A stretch of DNA of 64,000 bases. Source: Gemmatimonadales bacterium. Its GTDB lineage: Bacteria > Gemmatimonadota > Gemmatimonadetes > Gemmatimonadales > GWC2-71-9. The translations under genes and the position numbers were made by a program. Every line of letters starts with the position of its first letter. Position 1 is the first letter of the stretch. Positions 16,484-25,709 of the stretch are shown here, in pieces. The notes beneath the pieces were generated by a model. That model was given only the letters and a program-made list of their open reading frames with translations. It was not told the DNA's origin and did not search any database. The stretch is from positions 7,019 to 71,018 of the forward strand of contig JBQCGH010000120.1 of NCBI GenBank assembly GCA_051955835.1. Direction: 5' to 3'.

Positions 16484-17602
16484 CTATTGGACGATGCGCA
16501 GCACGCCGGCCTCGGCGCTGCCGCGAATGAAGGCCTCCGCATCCGTGGTGGGGATGACGACGCCGGTCTCGGCCTGGCCTCGCCGCGCGAGGCTGGCCAT
16601 GAAATCACTGAGCGATCCGGTGGCCCAGTCGCGGTCGGCGGCCTTCATCTGGGCGAGGATCTCGTCCCAGTCGCCGCGGATGGCCTGGCCCGCGAGGGTG
16701 ACGATAAGGTGCGCGTCACCCTGGCCCGGCTTCTTCTGCATGGCGTGCAGCTCGCTCAGCAGCGTGCCGAACAGCTCGAGCTGGTGCGGATCGCGGATGC
16801 CGCCGTCGGCCTGCTGGGCCTCGACCTCCGCGAGCAGCATGTCGATGGCGTCGGGCTCGCCGGCCACCTCACCGAGGCGAGCGAGCCAGGGCGCGAGCTC
16901 GGGATCTTCATCGGGCAGCCGATACACGGATTTCTTGAGCTCGATGTGACGCCAGATGCCCAGCTCGTCGAAGTGATCTTCGGGCTGGGTGCGCTCGAGG
17001 TGGTGGAGCGCCGCCTCGGTCTCGCCGCGGTCGTAGAGCAGGTTGGCGAGATAGATACGCGCCTCGCTGTAGGAGGCGTCGAGTTCCAGGGCGCGCCGGA
17101 GCCAGTAGAGCGAGCCCGCGTCGTTGCCCAGCCGGTGCGACGCGTACCCGAGGCACGCCGCCGCGTCGGGCGACTCGGGATGGGCCGAGGCCGCCAGATC
17201 GAAGAAGCGGTGCGCCGGCGCAATGAGCCCTTCACGGAACAGCGCCCGCCCGACCTGGAGCATCAGCTCGTGGTCGTCCTGGAACCCGAGCTGGAGGATG
17301 CGCTCGAAGGTGCGCATGGCCCCGGCACGGTCGCCCAGCTTGAGCAGCGTCTCGCCCAGACCGGCCAAGCCGTCCTCGTGATCGGGGTCAAGACCGATGG
17401 CGTGCTCGAAGCTCCGCCGGGACCAGGCGAAATCCTCCCGGGCGAGCTGGGCATATGCTTTACCGATATGAAGTTCGATAGCGTGGGGGTACCGGGTGAT
17501 CCCCTCCTGGAGGATCAGCAGCGCTTCATCGTAGCGGCCTTCGTTATAGAGTTGATGGGCTTGTTCGTCGAAGTCGTCGGAGCTGAGGAATGCATCCGAC
17601 AT
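16484..17602 (-). CDS. tetratricopeptide repeat protein
   Basis: Repeated TPR-like 34-mers ('YNEGRYDEALLILQEG', 'LGDRAGAMRTFERIL', 'YDRGETEAALHHLER'). ATG at 17602. 3-nt gap to the M16 peptidase gene. Confidence 0.8.
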   Translation of the reverse strand: MSDAFLSSDDFDEQAHQLYNEGRYDEALLILQEGITRYPHAIELHIGKAYAQLAREDFAWSRRSFEHAIGLDPDHEDGLAGLGETLLKLGDRAGAMRTFERILQLGFQDDHELMLQVGRALFREGLIAPAHRFFDLAASAHPESPDAAACLGYASHRLGNDAGSLYWLRRALELDASYSEARIYLANLLYDRGETEAALHHLERTQPEDHFDELGIWRHIELKKSVYRLPDEDPELAPWLARLGEVAGEPDAIDMLLAEVEAQQADGGIRDPHQLELFGTLLSELHAMQKKPGQGDAHLIVTLAGQAIRGDWDEILAQMKAADRDWATGSLSDFMASLARRGQAETGVVIPTTDAEAFIRGSAEAGVLRIVQ

Positions 17603-17705
17603 CGGCGGTCCTCCGGCGGGTAGGTTGCTGCAAATTAGGGACTTGTGGGCCGTCCAGCAAGAAGCCTGGGGTGCGGCCTTGACTCGCTGGCGTGTTCTCA
17701 TATTT

Positions 17706-17719
17706 TACTGACCGGTCAG
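17706..17719. promoter_or_regulatory. 14-bp perfect palindrome, candidate TetR operator overlapping the promoter
   Basis: ACTGACCGGTCAGT lies 8-20 nt upstream of the tetR start. Upstream are TTGACT, a 16-nt spacer and TATTTT. Confidence 0.55.
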
Positions 17720-17726
17720 TTAAATA

Positions 17727-18395
17727 GTGAGCGCGCCCATGACAAGTCACCCAAGCTCCTCCCCCTCGCGCCGCTGGCAGCGGCGGCCCGAGGCCCGCCC
17801 GGAGGAGATCCTGGACGCCGCCCTCGCCACCTTCTGCGAATCCGGCTTCGCCCGTGCCAAGATCGAGGACGTCGGCCGCCGGGCCGGGGTCAGCAAGGGC
17901 ACCGTCTACTGCTACTTCGACTCCAAGGAATCGCTGTTCCGCGAAATGGTGCGCGGCAAGGTGGTGGCCAGCCTGGCCGAGGCGGAGGCGTTCGTCCGCA
18001 CCTATGAGGGCAGCGCCCGCGGGCTGCTGATCGAGCTCATCCGCCGGATGTACTTCCGCATGCGCCGCGAGGAGATGATGCAGCTCGCCCGAGTGGTCCA
18101 GGGTGAGCTACCGCACTTCCCGGAACTGGCCCGGTTCTACTTTGACGAGGTCATCCTGCGGGCCCGACGGCTGGTCGCGCAGGTGCTCGAGCGCGGCGTG
18201 GCGTCGGGCGAATTCCGGCGGGGCGTGGAGGGTTTCGCGGCCCGCGGACTCTCGTCGCTCCTCGTCCACACGGCGCAAGTGCAGTGCTTCTTCCACCGCT
18301 TCGATCCGCAGGCGCTCACCGAAGAGCAGGCGGTCGAAGGGCTTGTGGACCTGTATCTCCACGGGGTGCTCGCGCACTCCGCGGAGCGGAGCTGA
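17727..18395 (+). CDS. TetR/AcrR family transcriptional regulator
   Basis: HTH region 'ILDAALATFCESGFARAKIEDVGRRAGVSKGTVYCYFDSKESLF'. The start may be the ATG at 17739. Confidence 0.9.
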   Translation: MSAPMTSHPSSSPSRRWQRRPEARPEEILDAALATFCESGFARAKIEDVGRRAGVSKGTVYCYFDSKESLFREMVRGKVVASLAEAEAFVRTYEGSARGLLIELIRRMYFRMRREEMMQLARVVQGELPHFPELARFYFDEVILRARRLVAQVLERGVASGEFRRGVEGFAARGLSSLLVHTAQVQCFFHRFDPQALTEEQAVEGLVDLYLHGVLAHSAERS

Positions 18396-18404
18396 GACCC
18401 CGTC

Positions 18405-19724
18405 ATGCATCGCTCGTCGTTCGCCCTCGCGTCGCTCGCGCTCGGTCTCGTGGCGCCGGCCGCGGCACAGCAGCCCACCGTGCCCACCGGGCCGATTACG
18501 CTGCTCCAGGCGATCGAGCTGGGCCGGACCCAGGGCGTCAACGCGGCCATCGCGCGGCTCGACGTGCGCACCGCGGAGGCCCGCGTGGGCGAGCGGCGGG
18601 CCGATCTGTTGCCGACGATCGCGGGCAACGCGGGCTACACCCACCAGACGCTCAACCTCTCGGAGTTCGGCCTCTCGCTGCCCGGATTTCCGGCGGTGAC
18701 CGACCCGTTCAACATCTACCGGCTCCAGCTCCGCGGCTCGCAGACCGTGTTCGATGCCTCGGTGTTCGGCCGGCTCCGCGCCGCCAAGGACAGCGCCGTG
18801 GCGAGCGGCCTCGACGCGAAGGCCGCGGGTGAGATCTCGGGCGCCACGGCGGGGCTCGCCTACCTGCAGGCGCTCAGCGCCCTCGAGACCGTGCGGGCCC
18901 GCGAGGCGGACAGCTCGATCGCGGCCACGCTGCTGGACCAGGCGCGGCAGCTGGTGGCGGCTGGCGTGAGCCCCGCGATCGACCAGACGCGAAGTGAGGT
19001 GAGCTTCGCGGCCGTGCGCACGCAGCTCGAGGTGGCCCGCAACGGATCCGACCGCGCGAAGCTCGACCTGCTCCGCACGCTCGACCTCCCCTCCGGCACC
19101 AAGGTCGAGCTGGCCGACTCGCTCGGCCCGGCGGCCACGGAGCTGCCGCTCGATCCCGACTCCGCGGCCGCGTTCGCCCGCGAGCACCGGGCGGAGCTCG
19201 CCGCCGAGCGCGCACGGACCGAGGCGGCCCGCCGCTCGCTGGGCGCGGTGCGGGCGGAATACCTGCCGAGCCTCGGGCTCACGGGCCAGTATCAGCAGAC
19301 CGGGCCCCAGACGAGCAACCTGAACGGCACCTACGCGGTGCAGTTGCAGCTCACGGTCCCGATCCTCGACGGCTTTCGTCGCCAGAACCGGGTCAAGGAA
19401 GAAAACATCCGGGTGCAGGTCCAGGAGATCCGGGAGCACGACCTGGTCAACCAGGTGGAGACCGAGGCCCGCCAGTCGGTGCTCGACGTGGCCTCCGCGC
19501 GGCAGCAGGTGGCCATCGCGGGCGAGCGCCTGCGGCTCGCCGAGCAGGAACTGGCGCAGGCCCAGCAGCGGTTTCAGGCGGGCGTGGCGGGGAGCGTGGA
19601 GACGACCAACGCCCAGAGCTCGGTCATCAGCGCGCGCGACGCCTTGATCCAGGCGAGGGTGAACTTCGGGACGGCGCGGGTGGGCGCGTATCGCGCGCTC
19701 GGCGTCATCGATCAACTGCATTAA
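18405..19724 (+). CDS. TolC family outer membrane efflux protein
   Basis: Signal peptide, two repeated coiled-coil/beta halves, and the typical C-terminal 'ARVNFGTARVGAYRALG'. Confidence 0.88.
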   Translation: MHRSSFALASLALGLVAPAAAQQPTVPTGPITLLQAIELGRTQGVNAAIARLDVRTAEARVGERRADLLPTIAGNAGYTHQTLNLSEFGLSLPGFPAVTDPFNIYRLQLRGSQTVFDASVFGRLRAAKDSAVASGLDAKAAGEISGATAGLAYLQALSALETVRAREADSSIAATLLDQARQLVAAGVSPAIDQTRSEVSFAAVRTQLEVARNGSDRAKLDLLRTLDLPSGTKVELADSLGPAATELPLDPDSAAAFAREHRAELAAERARTEAARRSLGAVRAEYLPSLGLTGQYQQTGPQTSNLNGTYAVQLQLTVPILDGFRRQNRVKEENIRVQVQEIREHDLVNQVETEARQSVLDVASARQQVAIAGERLRLAEQELAQAQQRFQAGVAGSVETTNAQSSVISARDALIQARVNFGTARVGAYRALGVIDQLH

Positions 19725-19739
19725 GGAACGAGAACGACC

Positions 19740-20840
19740 ATGGCAACCGACATCGCGATGGACGTGCCGGCGGCAGCGAAGCCCGAGCGGGCGACGCGCA
19801 GCTGGACCCGGCGGCTTCCGCTGATCATCGGCGTGATCCTGGCGATCGCGCTGGCGACCTGGGGCGTCCGTCGCTGGATCTTCAGCCGTCACCACGTCAC
19901 CACCGACAACGCGCAGGTGGATGGGCACATCACCGCCATCGCGCCGCGGATCTCCGGGTTCATCGACCGGGTGCTGGTCGACGAGAACCAGCACGTGAAG
20001 GCGGGCGACACGCTCGTCGTGCTCGACCAGCGCGACCTGGTGAACAAGCTGGAGCAGGCCGAGGCCGATCTCCACAACGCCCAGGCGGCGGTGGGCTCCT
20101 GGCGGACGGCGGGGCAGGCCGAGGCGCAGCTCCAGGCCACGCGGGCGCAGGCGGCGTCGGCGCAGGCCTCGATCGCCGCCGCGCAGGCCAGCTATCGCCA
20201 GGCGAATGCGGACTACGAGCGCTACCGCGGGCTCGCCGCGACGAAGATCATCTCCGCGCAGCAGCTCGATGCCGCGCAGAGCGCGCGCGATGCGGCCGCC
20301 GCCAATCTCGAGGCGGCCAAGCGGCAGGCGGCGGCGGCGGGAAGCCAGGTGTCGGCGTCCGGAGCGGCGGTGCGCGCGGCCGACGCGCGGCTCGCCTCGG
20401 CACAGGCGGCGGTGGACAACGCGCGGCTTCAGCTCAGCTACGCAACCTTGCTTGCCCCGAACGACGGCGTCGTGGCCAAGCGCAACGCCGAGCCGGGCGC
20501 GCTGGTGCAGGTGGGACAGAACCTGCTGTCACTGGTGCCCGAGGAAGAGGTGTGGGTCACGGCCAACCTCAAGGAGACCCAGCTCACCAACGTGCGGGTG
20601 GGCGATGCCGCCGAGTTCAGCGTCGACGCGTACCCGGGACGGACCTTCCAGGGGAAGGTCGAGAGTCTGAGCCCCGCCACGGGCGCGCGCTTCTCCCTGC
20701 TGCCGCCGGACAACGCGACCGGCAACTTCACCAAGGTGGTGCAGCGGGTCCCGGTGCGGATCGCGGTCGACAACCGGGCGGACCCCGGCCATCCGCTGCG
20801 GCCCGGCATGTCGGTCGAAGTCACGATCACCACCGACTGA
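19740..20840 (+). CDS. HlyD/EmrA family efflux periplasmic adaptor
   Basis: N-terminal TM anchor, 'VTTDNAQVDGHITAIAPRISGFI', a long Ala/Gln coiled coil, and 'NFTKVVQRVPVRI'. Confidence 0.9.
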   Translation: MATDIAMDVPAAAKPERATRSWTRRLPLIIGVILAIALATWGVRRWIFSRHHVTTDNAQVDGHITAIAPRISGFIDRVLVDENQHVKAGDTLVVLDQRDLVNKLEQAEADLHNAQAAVGSWRTAGQAEAQLQATRAQAASAQASIAAAQASYRQANADYERYRGLAATKIISAQQLDAAQSARDAAAANLEAAKRQAAAAGSQVSASGAAVRAADARLASAQAAVDNARLQLSYATLLAPNDGVVAKRNAEPGALVQVGQNLLSLVPEEEVWVTANLKETQLTNVRVGDAAEFSVDAYPGRTFQGKVESLSPATGARFSLLPPDNATGNFTKVVQRVPVRIAVDNRADPGHPLRPGMSVEVTITTD

Positions 20841-20959
20841 GCGCTGCCTCGTGACCACCCTGGCGCTGCCGGCCCGGCGGCCGGCCCTCCCGCGCGAGCT
20901 GGTGTATCGCTCGCGCTACCTGATCGCCTTCGCCGTGACGCTGGCGAGCGTGCTCGCTG

Positions 20960-22432
20960 GTGGACACCAGCATCGTGAACGTGGCGATCCCGCACATGAT
21001 GGGCAATCTGGGCGCCACCCTCGACGAGGTGGCCTGGGTGAGCACGGGATACATCGTCGCGAACGTCATCGTCCTGCCGCTCACGAGCTGGCTGTCGGAC
21101 CGCTTCGGCCGGCGCAACTACTACACGGGATCCATCCTCCTCTTCACCCTGGCATCGTTCTGCTGCGGCGCCGCGCGGTCGCTCGAGGGCCTGGTGCTCT
21201 GGCGCATCGTGCAGGGGATCGGCGGCGGCGCCCTCATCAGCACCGCGCAGGCCATCCTGTTCGATGTGTTTCCCCTCGCCGAGCGCGGCACCGCCATGTC
21301 CATCTTCGGCATGGGCGTCATGGTCGGGCCGACGCTCGGGCCGACGCTCGGCGGCTGGATCACCGACAACTACTCGTGGCCCTGGATCTTCTACATCAAC
21401 GTGCCACTCGGGCTGCTCGCGGCCGTGCTCACCTGGCGCTCGGTCCCCGAGCCGGCGCATCTGGTGCGGCGGACGCGGGTGGACTGGCTGGGGCTCGCCC
21501 TGCTGATCGTAGGAATCGGCGCCTTGCAGATTCTGCTCGAGCGCGGCGAGAGCAAGGACTGGTTCGAGTCGCGGGAGATCGTGACCGAGGCGATCGCGGC
21601 CGGCGTGGGGCTGATCGCCTTCGTATGGCACGAGCTCCGGACTGCGAACCCGATTGTGGAGCTGCGGATTCTCCGGAACCGGCAGCTCGCCGGCGGCGTG
21701 GGATTCGCGGTGGTGCTGGGCTTCGCGCTCTACGCCAGCGTCTTCGCGCTGCCCGTCTTTCTCCAGAATCTCCTGGGCTACAGCGCGTGGGACACCGGCC
21801 GGGTGATCCTGCCCGGCGCGATTGCCAGCGCGTTCACGATGGCGCTCATGGGCCGGCTGAGCGCGCGCCTCGACGCGCGACTCCTGGTGACGATCGGGGT
21901 GCTGCTGTTCTTCTGGTCCATGTGGCTGCACTTCCACTTCACGACCGACATCGGCATGTCGGACCTGCTGCTGCCGATGGTGCTGCGCGGCGTGGGGCTG
22001 GGCTTCATCTTCGTGCCGCTCACCGGCGCCGCGGTGGCCGACCTCCGGCCCGACCAGCTCGCGCAGGGGACGGGGCTGTTCAACCTCTCGCGCCAGCTCG
22101 GCGGCAGCTTCGGGATCGCGGTCACGGCCACGCTGCTGACGCGGTTCACCGAGCAGAGCCGCGAGGCGCTGTTGCCACACCTGGCCGCCGGCACCCCGGC
22201 TGCGACGAGCTGGCTGGAGCAGGCAACCCGGCGCATGGTGACCCTCGGCTCGGCGGTGCCCGAGGCGCAGCATCGGGCTCAGGCCCTGCTCGACGCGGTG
22301 TTGCGCCAGCAGGCGTCGATGGTGGCGTTCGAGAAGGTGTTTCTGACGATGGGAATCGCCTTCGTGGCCGCATTGCCGCTGCTGGTGCTGTTCCGGACCG
22401 GGCGGGTGCGGGGAGGCGCGGCGGCTCATTAG
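20960..22432 (+). CDS. DHA2-family MFS efflux pump (EmrB-like). The N-terminal ~35 codons lie in another frame (20851-20958), giving an apparent frameshift.
   Basis: 'DTSIVNVAIPHMMGNLG', 'WLSDRFGRR', 14-TM profile. The upstream frame reads 'RYLIAFAVTLASVLA', the missing first half of TM1. Confidence 0.85.
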   Translation: MDTSIVNVAIPHMMGNLGATLDEVAWVSTGYIVANVIVLPLTSWLSDRFGRRNYYTGSILLFTLASFCCGAARSLEGLVLWRIVQGIGGGALISTAQAILFDVFPLAERGTAMSIFGMGVMVGPTLGPTLGGWITDNYSWPWIFYINVPLGLLAAVLTWRSVPEPAHLVRRTRVDWLGLALLIVGIGALQILLERGESKDWFESREIVTEAIAAGVGLIAFVWHELRTANPIVELRILRNRQLAGGVGFAVVLGFALYASVFALPVFLQNLLGYSAWDTGRVILPGAIASAFTMALMGRLSARLDARLLVTIGVLLFFWSMWLHFHFTTDIGMSDLLLPMVLRGVGLGFIFVPLTGAAVADLRPDQLAQGTGLFNLSRQLGGSFGIAVTATLLTRFTEQSREALLPHLAAGTPAATSWLEQATRRMVTLGSAVPEAQHRAQALLDAVLRQQASMVAFEKVFLTMGIAFVAALPLLVLFRTGRVRGGAAAH

Positions 22433-22636
22433 GCGAGCAGGCGAGCGGCGGGCGGGGCGGCCATGGCTGGCGGTCACACGGCGAGGCATCCTGCCCGGGT
22501 AGTCCGAGCCACGTCCCCCCGTATCCCTCCCGGCGCTCGGGATGCACAACATCGGCTCGCTGTCGCCAGCTTCCCCGCCCTTCACTACGTCCTCCCTCCC
22601 CGCTTGTCGCCGGCCCTCTTACCGCCTCCTTCCGGC
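22433..22636. repeat. second long copy (opposite orientation) of the GC-rich inverted-repeat element
   Basis: It starts 1 nt after the emrB-like TAG. 'gcgagcaggcgagcggcgggcgggg' is at one end, and the reverse complement of the other end reads 'gaggcggtaagagggccggcga'. Compare 7571-7600 'gaggcgggggcgtaagaggcgggcgggcga'. Shared internal 'gggagggat'. Confidence 0.55.
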
Positions 22637-22654
22637 TGCCCGTATGTTTCGTTC

Positions 22655-24124
22655 GTGACCTTCCAGAGCAAGCTGCTGTTCGGTTTCTCGCTGATGGTCC
22701 TGCCTGCCCTCCTCGTGGGGGCGGAAGCCATCCGCAGCAACGCGCTCGAGCGGCGCGCGCTCACGGCGCTGGGTCAGAGCATGGCGAGGACCCGGACGTA
22801 CGCCGAGCTCGAAACGGCAATGTTCGACCAGAACGAGCTGGTCTGGCGCTATCTGAGCGGCCTCGACGAGACGGCGCGGAAGGAATTCGTGCTTACCGGC
22901 CAGGTCGTCGACTATTGGCAGAACCGCTGGCGCGCGGAGCTGCACCCGGACGAGATGGGCATGGCTGACGGCGTGGCTGCCATTCAGCGCCAAATTGTGG
23001 CCGTGTCGGACAGCGTCTTCCACCTGGCCGACGAGGGCCACCGGGTCGAGGCCTACCGCCTGGCGCAGCGCGAGCTCAAGGGGCGACTTCAACCCGCCCT
23101 CACCGCCACCAACCGCGAGATCTATCGGCGCGCCCGGGAGTCGAGCGTGAAGGGCGCCTACGGCAGGCTGGAGGACATCCTGGCGGCCGAGGGACGGACG
23201 CTGGTGGCCATCATCGTGCTCGCGCTTGCGGCGGGACTCATGGCGAGCTGGCTCATTTCACGGAGTCTCGCCCGTCCCGTGGCCGATCTCACCCGCGCCA
23301 TGGCCGTAGTGGGCTCGGGCGACCTCGACCATCCGGTCCATGCGACGTCGCGCGATGAGATCGGCGATCTGGCGCGCGCCCTGGAGCGCATGACCGGGCA
23401 GCTGCGCGAGTCGCGCGAGCAACTGGTGCAGGCTGGAAAGCTCGCCTCGATCGGAGAGATGTCGGCGGCGGTGGCGCACGGGCTCCGGAACCCGCTGGCG
23501 AGCCTCCGGGCCGCCGCGCAGCTCGTGCGGCGCCATCCCGGGTCGCCGTCCGCGACGGAGCACCTCGACGCCATCATCGAGGAGGTGGACCGGCTGGATC
23601 GGCGGATCAGCCATCTGCTCAGCTTCAGCCGGCCCGCCCCGTTTCATCCGGTGAGCGAGAGCGTACCGCGGTTGATTGACGAACTGCTGCCGGCCGTGGC
23701 CCAGCCGATCCGCGAGCAGCGCGTGGAGCTGGAGAAGGCCGTGCCGCCGTCACTGCCCCAGGTCCGGGTGGACCCGATGCAGATCGAGCAGGCGATCCTC
23801 GAGATCGTCTCCAACGCCCTCGACGCGATGCCGGGCGGCGGCCGGCTCCGGATCAACGCCTTCGTGGCCGATGGCACCGGACCCGGCTCGCCCACGCCGG
23901 CCTCGGTTGTGGTCGAGGTGAGCGACACCGGTGGCGGGATCCCCGAGCACGCGCTCGCGTCCGTGTGCGAGCCGTTCTTCACCACGCGGCAGGAGGGCAC
24001 GGGGCTGGGCCTGGCGATCGCCAAGCGGTACATCGAGCAGAACGGTGGCCGGCTCGAGATCGCGTCCAGCCCGGGCCTGGGCACGACCGTGCGGGTGCGG
24101 CTGCCGACGGAGCAGGCGGCGTGA
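22655..24124 (+). CDS. sensor histidine kinase (2 TM, HAMP, HisKA, HATPase)
   Basis: GTG at 22655. H-box 'AAVAHGLRNPL', N-box 'EIVSNALDA', G-boxes 'DTGGGIP' and 'GTGLGLAI'. Confidence 0.85.
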   Translation: MTFQSKLLFGFSLMVLPALLVGAEAIRSNALERRALTALGQSMARTRTYAELETAMFDQNELVWRYLSGLDETARKEFVLTGQVVDYWQNRWRAELHPDEMGMADGVAAIQRQIVAVSDSVFHLADEGHRVEAYRLAQRELKGRLQPALTATNREIYRRARESSVKGAYGRLEDILAAEGRTLVAIIVLALAAGLMASWLISRSLARPVADLTRAMAVVGSGDLDHPVHATSRDEIGDLARALERMTGQLRESREQLVQAGKLASIGEMSAAVAHGLRNPLASLRAAAQLVRRHPGSPSATEHLDAIIEEVDRLDRRISHLLSFSRPAPFHPVSESVPRLIDELLPAVAQPIREQRVELEKAVPPSLPQVRVDPMQIEQAILEIVSNALDAMPGGGRLRINAFVADGTGPGSPTPASVVVEVSDTGGGIPEHALASVCEPFFTTRQEGTGLGLAIAKRYIEQNGGRLEIASSPGLGTTVRVRLPTEQAA

Positions 24125-25581
24125 CCGGCTCGACGGTGCTCATCGTGGACGATGAGCGCACCCTCGCCCGCGCGATCAAGGCGTTCCTCACCGAATCCGG
24201 CTACGAGGCCGAAGTGGCGGTCGACGCGGAGCAGGCGCTCCGGCTGCTCGAGACGATGCGGCCGGACGTGGTGTTCAGCGACGTGCGGCTGCCGGGCATG
24301 GACGGGATCGAGCTGCTGCGCCGGATCCGCGAGTTCGACGCGGCCATCCCCGTCATCATCATGACGGCGCACGGCACGATCGAGGGCGCGGTGGAGGCGG
24401 TGAAGCTCGGGGCCTTCGACTACCTCAAGAAGCCGGTGGATCTCGAGGAGCTCAGACTTCTCGCGGACCGAGCCCGCGAGAACTCGCAGCTTCGTCAGGA
24501 GCTCTCGTACTACCGGCGCCGGGATGCGGTCCGCGATGCGACCCTCGCAGGTGTGATCGGCGACTCGCCCGCGATTCGAGCGCTCCTGGACCAGGCCCGG
24601 CAGATCGCAACGCTGGATGAGACGCCGCCGGTGCTCATCACCGGCGAGACCGGGACCGGGAAGGGGCTGGTGGCCCGGACGATCCATGCGGCGAGCTCGC
24701 GTGCCGCGCGGCCCTTCATCGAGGTCAACTGCACCGCTCTTCCGGCGACGCTGATGGAAGCGGAGCTGTTCGGCCACGAGCGCGGCGCGTTCACCGACGC
24801 CAAGGAATCGCGAATGGGTCTGTTCGAGGCGGCCGAAGGTGGGTTCCTGTTTCTCGACGAAGTGGGCGACGTCGAGCTGTCGCTCCAGGGGAAGCTGCTC
24901 AAGGCGGTGGAGGAGCGAACGGTCCGCCGGGTCGGCGGCATCCGCGACCGACGGATCGACGTCCGCATCCTGGCCGCCACCAACCGCGATCTCGAGCGCG
25001 ACGCCCAGCGCGACCAGTTCCGCCGCGACCTCTACTTCCGGCTGGCGGTGATCATCCTGCACCTGCCCCCGCTGCGGGAGCGTGGGAGCGACGTGCTGCT
25101 CCTCGCGCAGCACTATCTCGATCGATTCAACGCCAAGTACGACAAGCAGGTGCGGCATATCGACCCGCGCGCCCGGGAGTTGCTCCTGACTTATCCCTGG
25201 CCGGGCAACGTGCGAGAGCTGAGCCACGTGATCGAACGCGCGGTTCTGTGGAGTCGAGGCGCGACGCTGGATGTCGAGCACCTTTCGCTGGCAACCCCGG
25301 AAACCCGGGAAAGCGTGCCGGCGTCGCCGATCTCCACTTCAGTGCCGGCCGAAGCGGGCGTACCGAATGCGTCCGATCAGCTCCCGGCCGTCCACGGGCC
25401 GCCTGGAACCAATGGGCCCTCGCTCCCGCCTCCGGGGATGGACCTCGACGGCTGGGAGCGCTCCATGATTGAGCAGGCGCTGCGGGAGTGCGAAGGAAAT
25501 CAGACCCGGGCGGCGCAGCGTCTGGGCATCAGCCGCGACACGCTTCGCTACCGGCTCAAGAAGTACGGATTGAGTGGGTGA
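24121..25581 (+). CDS. sigma-54-dependent response regulator (NtrC family: REC, AAA+, Fis HTH)
   Basis: GTGA overlap with the kinase gene. 'VLIVDDE...SDVRLPGMDG', Walker A 'GETGTGKG', GAFTGA-like 'ERGAFTDA', 'PWPGNVREL', and C-terminal 'AAQRLGISRDTLRYRLKKYGL'. Confidence 0.92.
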   Translation: MTGSTVLIVDDERTLARAIKAFLTESGYEAEVAVDAEQALRLLETMRPDVVFSDVRLPGMDGIELLRRIREFDAAIPVIIMTAHGTIEGAVEAVKLGAFDYLKKPVDLEELRLLADRARENSQLRQELSYYRRRDAVRDATLAGVIGDSPAIRALLDQARQIATLDETPPVLITGETGTGKGLVARTIHAASSRAARPFIEVNCTALPATLMEAELFGHERGAFTDAKESRMGLFEAAEGGFLFLDEVGDVELSLQGKLLKAVEERTVRRVGGIRDRRIDVRILAATNRDLERDAQRDQFRRDLYFRLAVIILHLPPLRERGSDVLLLAQHYLDRFNAKYDKQVRHIDPRARELLLTYPWPGNVRELSHVIERAVLWSRGATLDVEHLSLATPETRESVPASPISTSVPAEAGVPNASDQLPAVHGPPGTNGPSLPPPGMDLDGWERSMIEQALRECEGNQTRAAQRLGISRDTLRYRLKKYGLSG

Positions 25582-25609
25582 GGTGACCCAAGCTGGGTGA
25601 GATGACCCA
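25575..25609 (+). promoter_or_regulatory. candidate enhancer (UAS): two tandem TGGGTGA-N2-TGACCCA units
   Basis: TGGGTGAggTGACCCA at 25575-25590 is repeated as TGGGTGAgaTGACCCA at 25594-25609 with a 19-nt period. This lies about 100-135 nt upstream of the -24/-12 element. Confidence 0.35.
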
Positions 25610-25709
25610 GGCCGGCGGCCGGGGGTAGGCGGGCGGGAAGACGGGAACGCGAGCCGCATCCGTTTGGCTTCTCATGATTTATGCCCTCGGCGATCGCCGA
25701 TGCCAGGAA

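Noticed and set aside
15230-17623. A 797-aa plus-strand ORF antisense to the M16 peptidase and TPR genes.
   Set aside because: Shadow ORF composition. The opposite strand encodes proteins with the HxxEH zinc motif and TPR repeats.
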